Source: an uncultured Bacteroidales bacterium (GTDB lineage Bacteria; Bacteroidota; Bacteroidia; Bacteroidales; GCA-2748055). From it: 64,000 nt of DNA. Below the pieces are notes generated by a model. It made no database searches, was not told the origin of the DNA, and saw nothing but the letters and a program-made list of their open reading frames with translations. Where the stretch lies: contig CAWBWE010000031.1 in assembly GCA_963792395.1 (NCBI GenBank), positions 12,256 through 76,255 on the forward strand. The letters are read 5' to 3'. Every line of letters begins with the position of its first letter. The first letter of the stretch is position 1. The translations under genes and the position numbers were made by a program. Shown piece by piece: positions 9,205-20,682 of this stretch.

Positions 9205-10482
9205 TTAATTAACACTTTCCTCCTCTCCGGAGTGTGATTCACCAGTAGGAAGCTCACTCTCCGTCGTGTCAGAGACCTCCATTAAAACAATTTCCTGAGG
9301 CCTCTTTTTGTACCTGATTAAAGAGACAGCCATCGTGATGCTGGAAGCCAAAATGACCAGCAGCAGGATTCCCTCATTAAACTGGGCAACTGCCAGATTT
9401 TCGGGGATGGAGTAGAAGAGCAGGATGGTAATCAATCCCCGGGGGGCCATCCAGATATCCGGGTAGATGTTTTTCCGGATTACAAGCCGGAACCAGGCGA
9501 AACGGATGCCATATAGGACCGCCAGGACCAGGATGCTCACCAGCCACACCTCAAAATTTAACAGGCTGGTCAGAATGATGGTAAATCCGAAGATCACAAA
9601 GAAGAAGGTCCGGACCACAAAGGAGGACTCCAGGGTGATCATTTTAAAATTGTCAAAAATGGTGGACATCTGAGTTTCATCCAGGAATACGCGGAGCTTT
9701 CCCGGAAAGAAGATGTTCCGGTTAGAGAGCATCAGTCCGAATACCAGGATAATCAACAGACTGGACAGGTGGAACATTTTACTGATTCCATAGAGGAGTA
9801 TCAGCACAGCAATCAGCAGGAAAAGCTTCAATTCGGTACGGATCTTCTGAAAAAGGAAGATCAGCAAATAGCTGGCCGCCACCGAGACCAGAGCAGTCAG
9901 ACTCAGATTAAGCAATACCTCCAGGCCCATTTCCCCGACACTTTCAGCCTTCATGCTGCTGATCAGGAAGTAGAACAACATGATTCCCAGGATATCCGAG
10001 AAGGTACTCTCATAAACCATAAGTTCACGCTTGTCCTTGGAAAGCGCTGCAACACTGGGGATTATGATGGCAGAACTCATGATGGAAAGGGGTACGGCGT
10101 ATAAGAGGCCGGTGGTCAGATCCACCTTCAGGTAGATGGTCATGATTCCGCCAATGAGCAGGGCAGAAAGGATCAGGGTCACCAGGGAGGTAAAAAAGGC
10201 TTTGGAGATTACTTTTCGTTTGCCTCGTTCCAATTCAAGATCCAGCGAGGCCTCCAGGACGATCATGATCAGTCCGATGGTTCCCAGCACTTCCAGAATG
10301 GGAGTCAGATTGGGAGCCTCCATGCCAATGGCAGAAACCAGTCCCTTCAGGGCTACCCCAAGAACAATGAGCAAAAGCACGCTGGGAATACTGTAGCGGC
10401 TTGCTGCCAGGTTAAAGAGGTAGGAGATAATGATAATCAGTGACCCGACAATAACCAGTCCGTTCGAATCAAAGTGTTCCAT
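9205..10482 (-). CDS. Cation:proton antiporter (Na+/H+ exchanger family)
   Basis: Intact 425-aa polytopic membrane ORF with CPA-type composition and an acidic C-terminal tail. Its start codon overlaps the stop of the upstream small OMP gene (TAATG). Confidence 0.8.
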   Translation of the reverse strand: MEHFDSNGLVIVGSLIIIISYLFNLAASRYSIPSVLLLIVLGVALKGLVSAIGMEAPNLTPILEVLGTIGLIMIVLEASLDLELERGKRKVISKAFFTSLVTLILSALLIGGIMTIYLKVDLTTGLLYAVPLSIMSSAIIIPSVAALSKDKRELMVYESTFSDILGIMLFYFLISSMKAESVGEMGLEVLLNLSLTALVSVAASYLLIFLFQKIRTELKLFLLIAVLILLYGISKMFHLSSLLIILVFGLMLSNRNIFFPGKLRVFLDETQMSTIFDNFKMITLESSFVVRTFFFVIFGFTIILTSLLNFEVWLVSILVLAVLYGIRFAWFRLVIRKNIYPDIWMAPRGLITILLFYSIPENLAVAQFNEGILLLVILASSITMAVSLIRYKKRPQEIVLMEVSDTTESELPTGESHSGEEESVN

Positions 10483-11055
10483 TAGAAATAGGTGTTAAAT
10501 CCGACCCGGAAAACCGGATTGGAGTAGGGTGAAATAGATGGATTCATTGATATCCCAGAGAATGGTGAAAGAGACGGTATTGTAAATGCCTACCCTTTGC
10601 GAGAGTCCGCCTCCCAGCAAGAGTCCCTGGTAAATAAATCTACCCTCGTCTGTATAAGGAGGGACATAGTATTGCTTCTCCAGGCTGAGTCCTTCATACT
10701 CGGTATGTACAAAAAGTTCACTGAAAATTTTTATGGGCAACCACTGTTCCGCATTAGTAATCAGGGAGAAGCGTACAAAACCTTTGAGCCCGTAAGAGTG
10801 CGTCTGATAGGCATAGGGAATGTAGGGTGTTGCTTTTTGTGATTGATACATATAGTGCGGGCCCAGTCCCACTGCCAGGCGATCCACTATGTGGTAACCC
10901 ACCATGGGTGCCAGATCAATATAGGTGGTGGTTCCAAAGGAGAGCCATAGCTCAGGGACCAGGAAGAATTTTCCTTTTCTGCTGGCTGCTTCTTCCTGTG
11001 CCATGGATGTCAAAGTCAGTGCAGCCAGAAGAAGCAGCAGCGTGACTTTTTTCAT
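10482..11055 (-). pseudogene. Small outer-membrane beta-barrel protein, frameshifted near the C-terminus
   Basis: Signal peptide MKKVTLLLLLAALTLTSMAQ followed by alternating beta-strand pattern. The ORF as given ends ...FTLLQSGFPGRI*. The adjacent frame reads PYSNPVFRVGFNTYF*, a classic terminal-Phe barrel end. The shift maps to the GGG run at 10527-10529. Confidence 0.55.
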
Positions 11056-12147
11056 GAACTCTCTTTTTTAGAAAGATATTTCCGGGCACTGATTTTCCCG
11101 CTGAGTAACAGGTCTCCGTTCTGAGCCAGGGCCCTCATTTCATCTTCCCCGGGATAGATGAAAACCGGGGCAATAAAACCCACCCGCTCCTTGATTTCAC
11201 CGGTTAGATCCGGGATTATGAGCAATGCCCCCGGTGATCAGAATGGCATTCACCTCTCCGCCCAGTACCGTGGACATGGCTCCAATCTCCTTGCTGATCT
11301 GATAAGCCATGGCTTTCTGAAGGAGTTTGGCCTGAGGATCACCTTCCCGTGCGGCTCTTTCCACCTTCTGGGCGTCACGGTGTCCGAGATAGGCATAAAG
11401 ACCACCCTCCCCGGTAAGCATTTTCCGGAGCTCGGTCCAGGGCAGCTTCTTTTCAATACAATATCTTGCCAGGGCACCGGCAGGCAGGGTTCCGGACCGT
11501 TCCGGACCGAAGGGCCCCTCTCCATCCAGTGCATTATTTACGTCAATCACCCGGCCCTTCCTGTGAGCTCCAACGGAGATCCCGCTTCCCAGGTGGGCAA
11601 TCACCAGGTTCAATTCCTCGTATTCCATGCCACGGGATTGGGCATAGGTCCGGGCCACGGATTTTTGATTCAAGGCATGGAAGATGGATATTCGCTGAAA
11701 TTCGGGGTGTCCGGAAATGCGAGCCACCTCCTGAAGTTCATCCACCACCACCGGATCGGCAATATAGGCTCCGGCCCTGTGGAAGGTTTGAAGCAAGCGG
11801 TGAGCGATCAATCCCCCCAGATTGCTGGCATGATCGCCCATAACTCCTTTTTCCAGATCTCTGATCATTGCTTTATTCACTTCATAAACTCCGGATTCAA
11901 TGGGGTAGATCAATCCGCCTCTCGCGATAATGATCCCCACACGGTCGAATGGAATGTGGTTGGCTTCCACCTCTGAAAGGACCAGGTTGAGCCTGTATTC
12001 CAGCTGATCGCTTGTTTTACTGAAGGCGTCCAGCTCCCCGCCATCATGGCGGATGGTTTTAAGAAATACCGATTTATTATTCCGGTAGACCGCAATTTTG
12101 GTGGAAGTTGCGCCCGGATTGATTACAAGTATGTAGTTGCTGTCCAT
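11052..12147 (-). pseudogene. buk: Butyrate kinase, one frameshift
   Basis: N-terminal 316 aa (ILVINPGATSTKIAVY ... ITGGIAHN) stop at 11197. The next frame continues PDLTGEIKERVGFIAPVFIYPGEDEMRALAQNG to a stop at 11052. The shift falls at the GGG run 11212-11214. Total length is 365 codons + 1 nt. Confidence 0.9.
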
Positions 12148-12148
12148 A

Positions 12149-13092
12149 TTAAGCCAGTTTTAAGCCCTTTTTCAGCGCTTTCCTCCATTGTTCGGCCGCT
12201 ACCGCAGCCAGAAGGATTGAATCGAATTTTGCCTGCTCAGAATCGGATCTGGAGGTAAGCACAATGGGGGCAGATGCACCCACGATCATGGAGGCCACCT
12301 TGGCCTTGGCAAAAAATACCAGTGATTTGTAGAGAACATTCCCCACTTCAATATCGGGCATTAGCAGCAGATCGGTATCCCCGGCCACATCACTTTTGAT
12401 CTCCTTGTGCTTGGCACTTTCCACAGAAACCGCATTATCAAAGGCCAGCGGTCCATCCACTATACAGTTGAGAATCTGGTCCCGTTGGTTCATTTTGGAA
12501 AGTAGTGCCGCGTCCAGGGTGGCATTCATTTCGGTATTCACCTTTTCAACGGCACCCAGCACGGCCACCTTGGGTCTTACGGATGCCCAGGTTATTCAGA
12601 ACCTTCACCGAATTGTTGAGGATCTGGATCTTTTCAGCCAGATTCGGAGCAATATTCATGGCCACATCGGTCACCGCGATCAGCTTGTGATAGGTTTCCA
12701 CTTCGAAATAGGCAAAATGGGAAAGGAGGTTCCCGGTTCGCAGTCCATAATCTTTATTAAGCACGCAGCTCATCATATCGGAGGTGCCCACCTTTCCTTT
12801 CATCAGGACATCCGCTTTCTCGTCGTGTACCATTTTTACCGAAGTGGTAATGGCTTCCAGGGGATTAGACGCTTCTATAAATTCAAACTTGCTGATATCC
12901 AGGTTCAGGATCTCTGCCATTCCAAAGGTCTTTTCCCGGTCCCCACCAGAATGGGCCGTAATGATCTTTTGCTTGGCTGCATTTACCACTGCATTCAGGG
13001 AGTGGGCATCTTCAGAGGCGGCCAGTACCAGTTTCTTGGGTTTGTGGCTTCTATCCAGTAAGTTCGCGTAACTGAGAAAGTTCTGTCAGCAT
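12149..13092 (-). pseudogene. ptb: Phosphate butyryltransferase, frameshifted (one clear shift near 12550-12575, possibly another in the first ~14 codons)
   Basis: Fragments 12546..12989 (ADVLMKGKVGTSD ... DVAMNIAPNL) and 12149..12568 (AVLGAVEKVNTEM ... APIVLTSRSDS) are the N- and C-terminal halves of a Ptb/Pta-type acyltransferase. Candidate ATG at 13092 is in another frame (MLTELSQLREL...). One nucleotide separates the ptb stop from the buk start. Confidence 0.85.
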
Positions 13093-13122
13093 GTTCTTTT
13101 TTTTATCCAACACAAAGAAAAA

Positions 13123-13148
13123 GAAATACCCGGTGTAAACCGGGTATT
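13123..13148 (-). terminator. Rho-independent terminator downstream of ackA
   Basis: Stem ATACCCGG / CCGGGTAT with loop TGTAAA. On the minus strand it is followed by TTTCTTTTTCTTTG. It lies between the ackA stop (13178) and the ptb start. Confidence 0.6.
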
Positions 13149-13177
13149 CCCTTATGATATTCAACACATTTGTACTC

Positions 13178-14391
13178 TTAGAAACACTTCTCGAGTATCT
13201 TATAGGTATCTGTAGCAATCACCAGCTCTTCATTGGTTCTTACCACCAGGGCAGTCACCCTTGAATCGGGTTTGGAGATGATCTTATCCTCTCCCTTGAC
13301 CCCATGGTTTCCGGGTTCATCAAAATCGAGGCCCAGGTATTCCATGTTCTGGACATATCATGCGCCGGATGTTAAAATCGTTTTCTCCGATACCTCCGGT
13401 AAAGATCACGCAATCGAGCCCGTTCATAATGGCAGCATAGGCCCCGATGAATTTCTTGACCCGGTAGGCATACATGGTCAGGGCCAGGTTGGCACGTTCA
13501 TTCCCCTCATAATAAGCCAGTTCCAGGTCGCGCATATCGGATGAAATCTCCGAGATTCCCATCATGCCGCTGCGCTTGTTGATCATATTGCTGATCCCCT
13601 TCAGACTCAGGTGCTCCTTATCGGCCAGAAAGAGCAGCACCCCGGGATCAATATCCCCGGTACGGGTTCCCATGATCAGTCCATCCACCGGTGTGAATCC
13701 CATGGAGGTATCCATGGATTTTCCATGTTCAATGGCAGTGACCGAAGCGCCGTTGCCCAGGTGACAGCATACCACTTTCATTTCACGGGTATCCCTGCCC
13801 AGGATCTCACTGGTTCTTTTGTACTACATATTTGTGGCTGGTTCCATGATATCCGTATTTCCTGACCCCGTACTTTTCATAGTATTCGCGCGGAATGGCA
13901 TACATGTAGGCATGAGGGGGCATACTCTGGTGAAAGGAGGTGTCAAATACGGCGATCTGGGGGATTCCGGGAAGCAGAGCATCCACGGATATGATGCCTT
14001 TCAGGTTGGCCGGATTGTGCAGGGGAGCCAGATCAATACAGGCTTCAATATCCTGGATTACCTCCTTGGTAATCAGCACACTCTCTTTGTATTTTTCGCC
14101 ACCCTGTACCACACGGTGCCCCACTGCGGCGATCTCTTCTATCTTCTGATCACCCCGTGCTTGGTCATCCACCAGGGCAGCCATAACCAGGTTGATCCCG
14201 GCAGTATGGTCCATGATGGGCTGTGATCTCTTTGTACTTTGTCTTTCCCTTTGGGTTTATGGGAGATCACTGCATCGGTAAAACCTATGCGTTCTACGAT
14301 GCCTTTGGCAATCACTTTCCTCCTTTTCACCCATTTTAAATAGCTGGTACTTAATGGAGGAGCTGCCGCAGTTTAATACTAATATTATCAT
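13178..14391 (-). pseudogene. ackA: Acetate kinase, about 4 frameshifts
   Basis: The pieces, read in order, give an AckA: MIILVLNCGSSSIKYQLFKMGEKEE | KVIAKGIVERIG... | MDHTAGINLV...GYHGTSHKYV | MKVVCCHLGNGASV...FTGGIGEN | MEYLGLDFDEPGNHG...TNEELVIATDTYKILEKCF*. Frame switches lie near 14317 (TTT run 14316-14318), 14225, 13800 and 13350. Confidence 0.9.
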
Positions 14392-14424
14392 GAATTGTTG
14401 TCTGTTAAATTCTTGTAATTCATT

Positions 14425-15442
<1,018 letters not shown>

Positions 15443-15577
15443 TGATTATCAGTAATTTGAGTTTAAATTATGCAAGCAATAAAGTTAATTAAAAAAAGCG
15501 TAGTCCAGATCTTGTTAAACATCTTTTTCAACACTTTCCCTGCGGAGTGGTTATTTAAGGTATAAAACCAGATAACT

Positions 15578-16378
15578 ATGAAAGCAGAGACAATTTTTGA
15601 ACGACTTTGGAAGCAGTACGCAGGGGAAAATCCGCATGTGGGACAGATCCATAATCTTTTTGTAAGCCAGGGTGAACGGGTGGTCAATGACCATGTGGCT
15701 TTTCGGACCTTTGACGATCCCAGGGTCCGGATGGAGGTCATTGCCCGTCCCTTTCTGGACGCAGGCTATCAGCCGGCTGGAGAATATGTTTTTGAAGTGA
15801 AGAAGCTGAGAGCCAGGCATTATGAGTTACCAGGAAATCCTGAATCCCCCCGGGTTTTTATCAGTGAACTGCTTCTGGATGAATTTTCGGAGGAGCTTCA
15901 GAACACCATCCGGACCCACCTGGACAAGGTTCCGGAGGAGCTGCTGACTTCACCGGAGCTGATCTTCCAGGGAAGCATTTTCGATTCCATCTCATTTGAG
16001 GTCTATGAGCGGCTCAGGAAAGAGTCTGAATATGCCGCCTGGATGTATGCTTTTGGTTACAGGGCCAATCACTTTACCGTGAGCATCAATTACCTGGAAA
16101 AATTTTCAGGGATTGAGGAGGTCAACTCCTTTTTGAAGGACCATGGCTTTCCACTGAACAGCTCAGGAGGTGAAGTAAAAGGAACACCCGAGCAACTGCT
16201 GCAGCAGTCCAGTACTCTGGCCGACCAGGTGGAGTTTCATTTTAGCGATGGGAAGAAAGAAATTCCAGGGTGTTACTATGAATTTGCCAGGAGATTTCCG
16301 GATGCCAGGGGTAAGCTTTTCAGCGGATTTATTGCAGGTTCGGCCGATAAGATCTTCGAAAGCACCGACTACAGGTAG
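15578..16378 (+). CDS. DUF1338 domain protein (short member of the HglS/YdcJ 2-oxoadipate dioxygenase/decarboxylase superfamily)
   Basis: Intact 266-aa ORF. ERLWKQY...VVNDHVAFRTF near the N-terminus and the C-terminal YYEFARRF are DUF1338 hallmarks. Confidence 0.8.
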   Translation: MKAETIFERLWKQYAGENPHVGQIHNLFVSQGERVVNDHVAFRTFDDPRVRMEVIARPFLDAGYQPAGEYVFEVKKLRARHYELPGNPESPRVFISELLLDEFSEELQNTIRTHLDKVPEELLTSPELIFQGSIFDSISFEVYERLRKESEYAAWMYAFGYRANHFTVSINYLEKFSGIEEVNSFLKDHGFPLNSSGGEVKGTPEQLLQQSSTLADQVEFHFSDGKKEIPGCYYEFARRFPDARGKLFSGFIAGSADKIFESTDYR

Positions 16379-16507
16379 TGACCGGATTGCAGAATCTGTT
16401 ATATTTGTTGGATTATTAAAAAAACCAATCAAATAGAGCAGGTAAAACTGGATCAGCTTCGTGCCCGGATCGACGGTGAACTCTTTACTGACCGACTGAG
16501 GCTGCTC

Positions 16508-19372
16508 ATGTATGCCACGGATGCTTCTGACTACCGGGAGGTCCCTCAGGCAGTGGTCTATCCGAAACATGAATCGGATATCAAAGAACTGGTCAGATTC
16601 GCCAAGGAGAACCTTATATCCTTGATTCCCAGGACAGCAGGCACATCACTTGCCGGTCAGGTTGTGGGATCCGGAGTGGTGGTGGATATGTCGCGGCACC
16701 TGAATCAGATCCTGGAGATTAATGAAAAGGAGCGATGGGTGAGAGTGCAGCCGGGGGTTATTCTGGATGAGCTGAACCTAGCTCTTCACTCCACAGGATT
16801 ATTTTTCAGTCCGGAGACTTCCACCTCCAACAGAAGTATGATAGGGGGCATGATCGGAAACAACAGCTGTGGGCTTCACTCTCTGGTGTACGGGGCCACC
16901 AGGGATCACACCCTCTCCGTCAGGGCCATCCTGAGCGATGCCTCCATCGCAGAATTTGGCCCCCTGAGTGATGAAGAATTCAATGAAAAACTTGATAAAG
17001 AGGGCCTTGAAGGTCAAATTTACAGGGAGCTGCACTCCATGCTCAGTGACCCGGCCAACCGGAAGGAGATTGTTTCAGGATTTCCCGATCCGGCAGTAGT
17101 GAGGCGCAATACCGGCTATGCCCTGGATGAGTTGATCGATACCCCTCCCTATCGTGGAGACCAGGCCAGGTACGCTGACTTTAACCTCTGTAAATTACTG
17201 GCCGGATCGGAGGGTACCCTGCTTTTTATCAGCGAGGCAAAACTAAATCTGGTCCCCCTTCCTCCACCCTATAAAGCACTGGTTCCCATACATTTTGACT
17301 CTGTGATGGAGGCCATCCGGGGAAACCTGGCCGCCTTGAAGCACAAGCCCTCGGCCGTGGAACTAATGGATAAAACCATCCTGGACTGTACCAGGGAAAA
17401 CCTTACCCAGCGGAAGAATCGCTTCTTTCTGTCAGGCGATCCCGGGGCAGTTTTAATTGTGGAGCTGGTGGACCAGGATGAACCCCTGCTGATGGAGCGG
17501 ATCCAGGCTATGGAGAAGGAGATGAGGGCATTGGGACTGGGGACGCATTTTCCAGTGGTAACAGGGAAGGATATCGGAAAGGTATGGGCCCTCCGTAAGG
17601 CGGGCCTGGGTGTGCTTTCCAATATCCAGGGTGAAGGAAGGCCGGTGTCGGTTATAGAAGATACCAGTGTCCGGGTAGAGCTCTTGGAAGATTACATCAC
17701 TGAATTTAATCAACTTCTTGATAAACATAGTCTTAAATGTGTATATCATGCACATATCTCTGTGGGGGAGCTGCATCTTCGTCCCATACTGAACCTCAAA
17801 GATCCCACTCACGTACAACTGTTCCATGACATTGCCCTGGATACAGCCAGACTGGTCAAAAAGTACAGGGGATCTCTGAGTGGAGAGCACGGGGACGGGA
17901 GGTTGCGAGGTGAGTTTATTCCGCTGATGGTAGGGGAGCGCAATTATGAAATGATCCGGAAGGTGAAGCAGTTGTTTGATCCGGATGGGATATTTAATGT
18001 TGGAAAGATCACGGATACTCCCCCCATGAATACCTTCCTGCGTTATGAGCCGGGTCACCAGTCGCCTCAATTCGACACTTATTTCGACTATTCCAGAGAA
18101 GGCGGATTAATGCAGCTAATTGAAAAATGCAATGGATCAGGCGATTGCAGAAAGACTGAGCTTACCGGAGGAACCATGTGTCCCAGCTATATGGCTACCA
18201 GGGATGAAATGGCAAGCACCCGGGCAAGGGCCAATGTTTTGCGTGAATTGCTCTCCCGGAAAGATCTTAAAAAACCCTTTGATCAGCCCGATATTTATAA
18301 GGTACTGGACCTCTGTCTATCCTGCAAAGCCTGTAAATCGGAATGCCCCTCCAGTGTGGACATGGCAAAGATTAAGGCTGAGTTTTTACAGCACTGGTAT
18401 GAACACCACCGAGTTCCCCTGCGTACCATACTGATAGCGAATATCTCAGAGATAAACAGATTGGGGATGTTCCTGCCCGGCTTGTTCAACTGGTTCGCTA
18501 CAAGCAGGTTGAGCTCCCGTATATTGAAGAAATTACTTGGCTTTGCGACAAACAGGAGCATTCCCACTCTGGGGAGAAGCTCTTTAAGAAGATGGGCCGG
18601 AAAGAATCTGGAAAACATGAACCGTGCTCTTCCTGTGGACGCACCCGAGCTGGTTCTCTATGTGGATGAGTTCACCAATTACAATGACACCGGCCTGGGT
18701 ATTACGAGTATCAGACTTTTTAATCGATTGGGTATCAGAGTTCTAATAATAAAGCATCCGGTGAGCGGACGTACCTATTTATCCAAAGGCTTGCTAAAAA
18801 AAGCCCGACAGCTGGCACGGAAAAATGTGGAGATGCTATCGGGAATTGTGTCCGCGCAGCGCCCCCTGGTTGGCATTGAACCATCTGCGATACTGGGATT
18901 CAGAGATGAATTTCCCGAACTGGTTGGAAAAGATTTGAAGGAACGTGCTGAAGAGCTTTCCAGGCATTGTTTTACCATCGAGGAATACCTGGACCAGGCA
19001 ATGGAAAATGGGAGTCTGGACAGTTCCCGGTTTACAGAAAAAAAGAACAGGATAAAACTGCATGGACATTGTCAGCAAAAGGCAATAGCCAGTACCGATT
19101 CCACTATGCGGGTACTCTCCATTCCTAAGAACTACACGGTGGAGGAGATCCCCTCCGGCTGTTGTGGGATGGCAGGATCCTTTGGATATGAAAAGGAGCA
19201 CTATGATCTCTCTATGAAAGTGGGAGAGCTGGTGTTATTTCCAGCTGTACGTCAGGCAGATACAGCCACTCTCGTGGTGGCACCCGGCACCAGTTGCAGG
19301 CACCAGATCGGAGATGGCACAGGGAGGAAAGCCTTACATCCGGTGGAAGTACTGTATGAGGCATTAAAGTGA
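16508..19372 (+). CDS. FAD-linked oxidase fused to 4Fe-4S and CCG (GlcF/HdrD-like) domains; YdiJ-like D-2-hydroxyacid dehydrogenase
   Basis: Intact 954-aa ORF with an FAD_binding_4 N-terminal domain (PRTAGTSLAGQ). Cysteine clusters CNGSGDCRK...CP and CLSCKACKSECP, with C-terminal CCG motifs (CCGMAGSFG). Homology-like sequence continues upstream of ATG 16508 (see finding). Confidence 0.85.
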   Translation: MYATDASDYREVPQAVVYPKHESDIKELVRFAKENLISLIPRTAGTSLAGQVVGSGVVVDMSRHLNQILEINEKERWVRVQPGVILDELNLALHSTGLFFSPETSTSNRSMIGGMIGNNSCGLHSLVYGATRDHTLSVRAILSDASIAEFGPLSDEEFNEKLDKEGLEGQIYRELHSMLSDPANRKEIVSGFPDPAVVRRNTGYALDELIDTPPYRGDQARYADFNLCKLLAGSEGTLLFISEAKLNLVPLPPPYKALVPIHFDSVMEAIRGNLAALKHKPSAVELMDKTILDCTRENLTQRKNRFFLSGDPGAVLIVELVDQDEPLLMERIQAMEKEMRALGLGTHFPVVTGKDIGKVWALRKAGLGVLSNIQGEGRPVSVIEDTSVRVELLEDYITEFNQLLDKHSLKCVYHAHISVGELHLRPILNLKDPTHVQLFHDIALDTARLVKKYRGSLSGEHGDGRLRGEFIPLMVGERNYEMIRKVKQLFDPDGIFNVGKITDTPPMNTFLRYEPGHQSPQFDTYFDYSREGGLMQLIEKCNGSGDCRKTELTGGTMCPSYMATRDEMASTRARANVLRELLSRKDLKKPFDQPDIYKVLDLCLSCKACKSECPSSVDMAKIKAEFLQHWYEHHRVPLRTILIANISEINRLGMFLPGLFNWFATSRLSSRILKKLLGFATNRSIPTLGRSSLRRWAGKNLENMNRALPVDAPELVLYVDEFTNYNDTGLGITSIRLFNRLGIRVLIIKHPVSGRTYLSKGLLKKARQLARKNVEMLSGIVSAQRPLVGIEPSAILGFRDEFPELVGKDLKERAEELSRHCFTIEEYLDQAMENGSLDSSRFTEKKNRIKLHGHCQQKAIASTDSTMRVLSIPKNYTVEEIPSGCCGMAGSFGYEKEHYDLSMKVGELVLFPAVRQADTATLVVAPGTSCRHQIGDGTGRKALHPVEVLYEALK

Positions 19373-19399
19373 AATAGAAAAATAAAACCAAAGAGTAAT

Positions 19400-20682
19400 A
19401 TGTTGAAAAAACTACCTCTCTGGGCAAAGATCTTTATTGGAATGGGACTGGGAATTCTCTTGGGACTGATTGCGGTCTGGACAGGATGTGAAAGCTTTAC
19501 AAGCGACTGGGTAAAACCCTGGGGAACTATTTTTCTTAAACTGCTAAAACTGATTGCAGTTCCCCTGATATTTGTCTCCCTGGTGAAGGGAATTTCCAGT
19601 CTGACCGATATTACCAAACTTTCCCGGATCGGATACAAAACCATAGTCATCTATATGATTACTACGGTGTTTGCTACAACCGTCGGATTGGCAATGGTAA
19701 ATATTTTTAAGCCAGGTGATGTGTTCCCTGATGATAAGCAGGAGCAGTACAGGGAAAAATTTGGCGGACAGGTGGAAATACGGCAGGAATCGGCCCGCGA
19801 GATAGAAAGACAATCACCACTCTTCATTTCTTCGAAGATATGATCCCGGAGAATTTTTTCAGCGCCGCCGGAGACAACTCCAAGATGCTCCAGATTATTT
19901 TCTTTGCCATTCTCTTCAGTATTGCACTGGTGCTGGTACCCGGAGAGAAGACCCAGGTAGTCAAGGATTTCTTTGATGGTCTGAATGATGTGATTCTGAA
20001 GATTGTGGATCTGATCATGCGATTTGCACCCATCGGGGTATTCGCCCTGATGGCAGCCCTGGTGGTTGATTTCTCCGGAGATGCAGATATTTTCACCGCC
20101 CTGGGCATGTATATGTTAACAGTGATCATGGGACTGTTTCTGCTGATTCTTGGATTATACCCTTTACTGATGCGCATCTTTGCCGGGTATCAGGATACTG
20201 CCAAATTTCTAAAGGCAATCCTGCCGGCCCAACTGGTGGCCTTTACCACCAGTTCCAGTGCGGCCACTTTACCGGTTACAATGAAACAGGTAACCAACGA
20301 ACTGGGTGTGTCCAAACCCATTGCCAATTTTGTTCTGCCGGTAGGAGTGACAATCAATATGGACGGGACCAGTTGTTACCAGGCCATTGCAGCAGTTTTT
20401 ATTGCACAGGTTTTCGGAATTGATCTGACTCTGGTTCAACAACTCACCATTGTACTTACAGCCACGCTGGCCTCTATCGGATCGCCCGGTATTCCCAGCG
20501 GGAGTATTGTTATGCTGATTATTGTGCTGAATTCGGTGGGACTCCCCGTGGAGGGCCTGGCTCTGATCCTGGGCGTAGACAGGCCGCTGGATATGTTGCG
20601 TACTGTGGTTAATATCACCGGCGACTCCACGGTAGCTTCCATCGTGGCCCGTTCTGAGGGGGAATTAACTCAGGAATCCTGA
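19400..20682 (+). pseudogene. Dicarboxylate/amino acid:cation symporter (DAACS, GltP-like), one frameshift
   Basis: ORFs 19400..19843 and 19840..20682 are the N- and C-terminal parts of one DAACS carrier (FLKLLKLIAVPLIFVSL; MLQIIFFAILFSIAL; SSSAATLPVT; NMDGT). The frame switch lies upstream of 19840. Confidence 0.85.

Noticed and set aside
11158-11976. 272-aa ORF on the + strand
   Set aside because: It lies entirely antisense to butyrate kinase. Its composition is Gly/Pro/Ser-rich and shadow-like. The minus-strand product has unmistakable Buk motifs.
12396-13061. 221-aa ORF on the + strand
   Set aside because: It is an antisense shadow of the phosphate butyryltransferase gene, with no recognisable motifs.
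17453-18070. 205-aa ORF on the minus strand
   Set aside because: It is embedded antisense in the intact 954-aa FAD/Fe-S dehydrogenase gene, so it is a shadow ORF.
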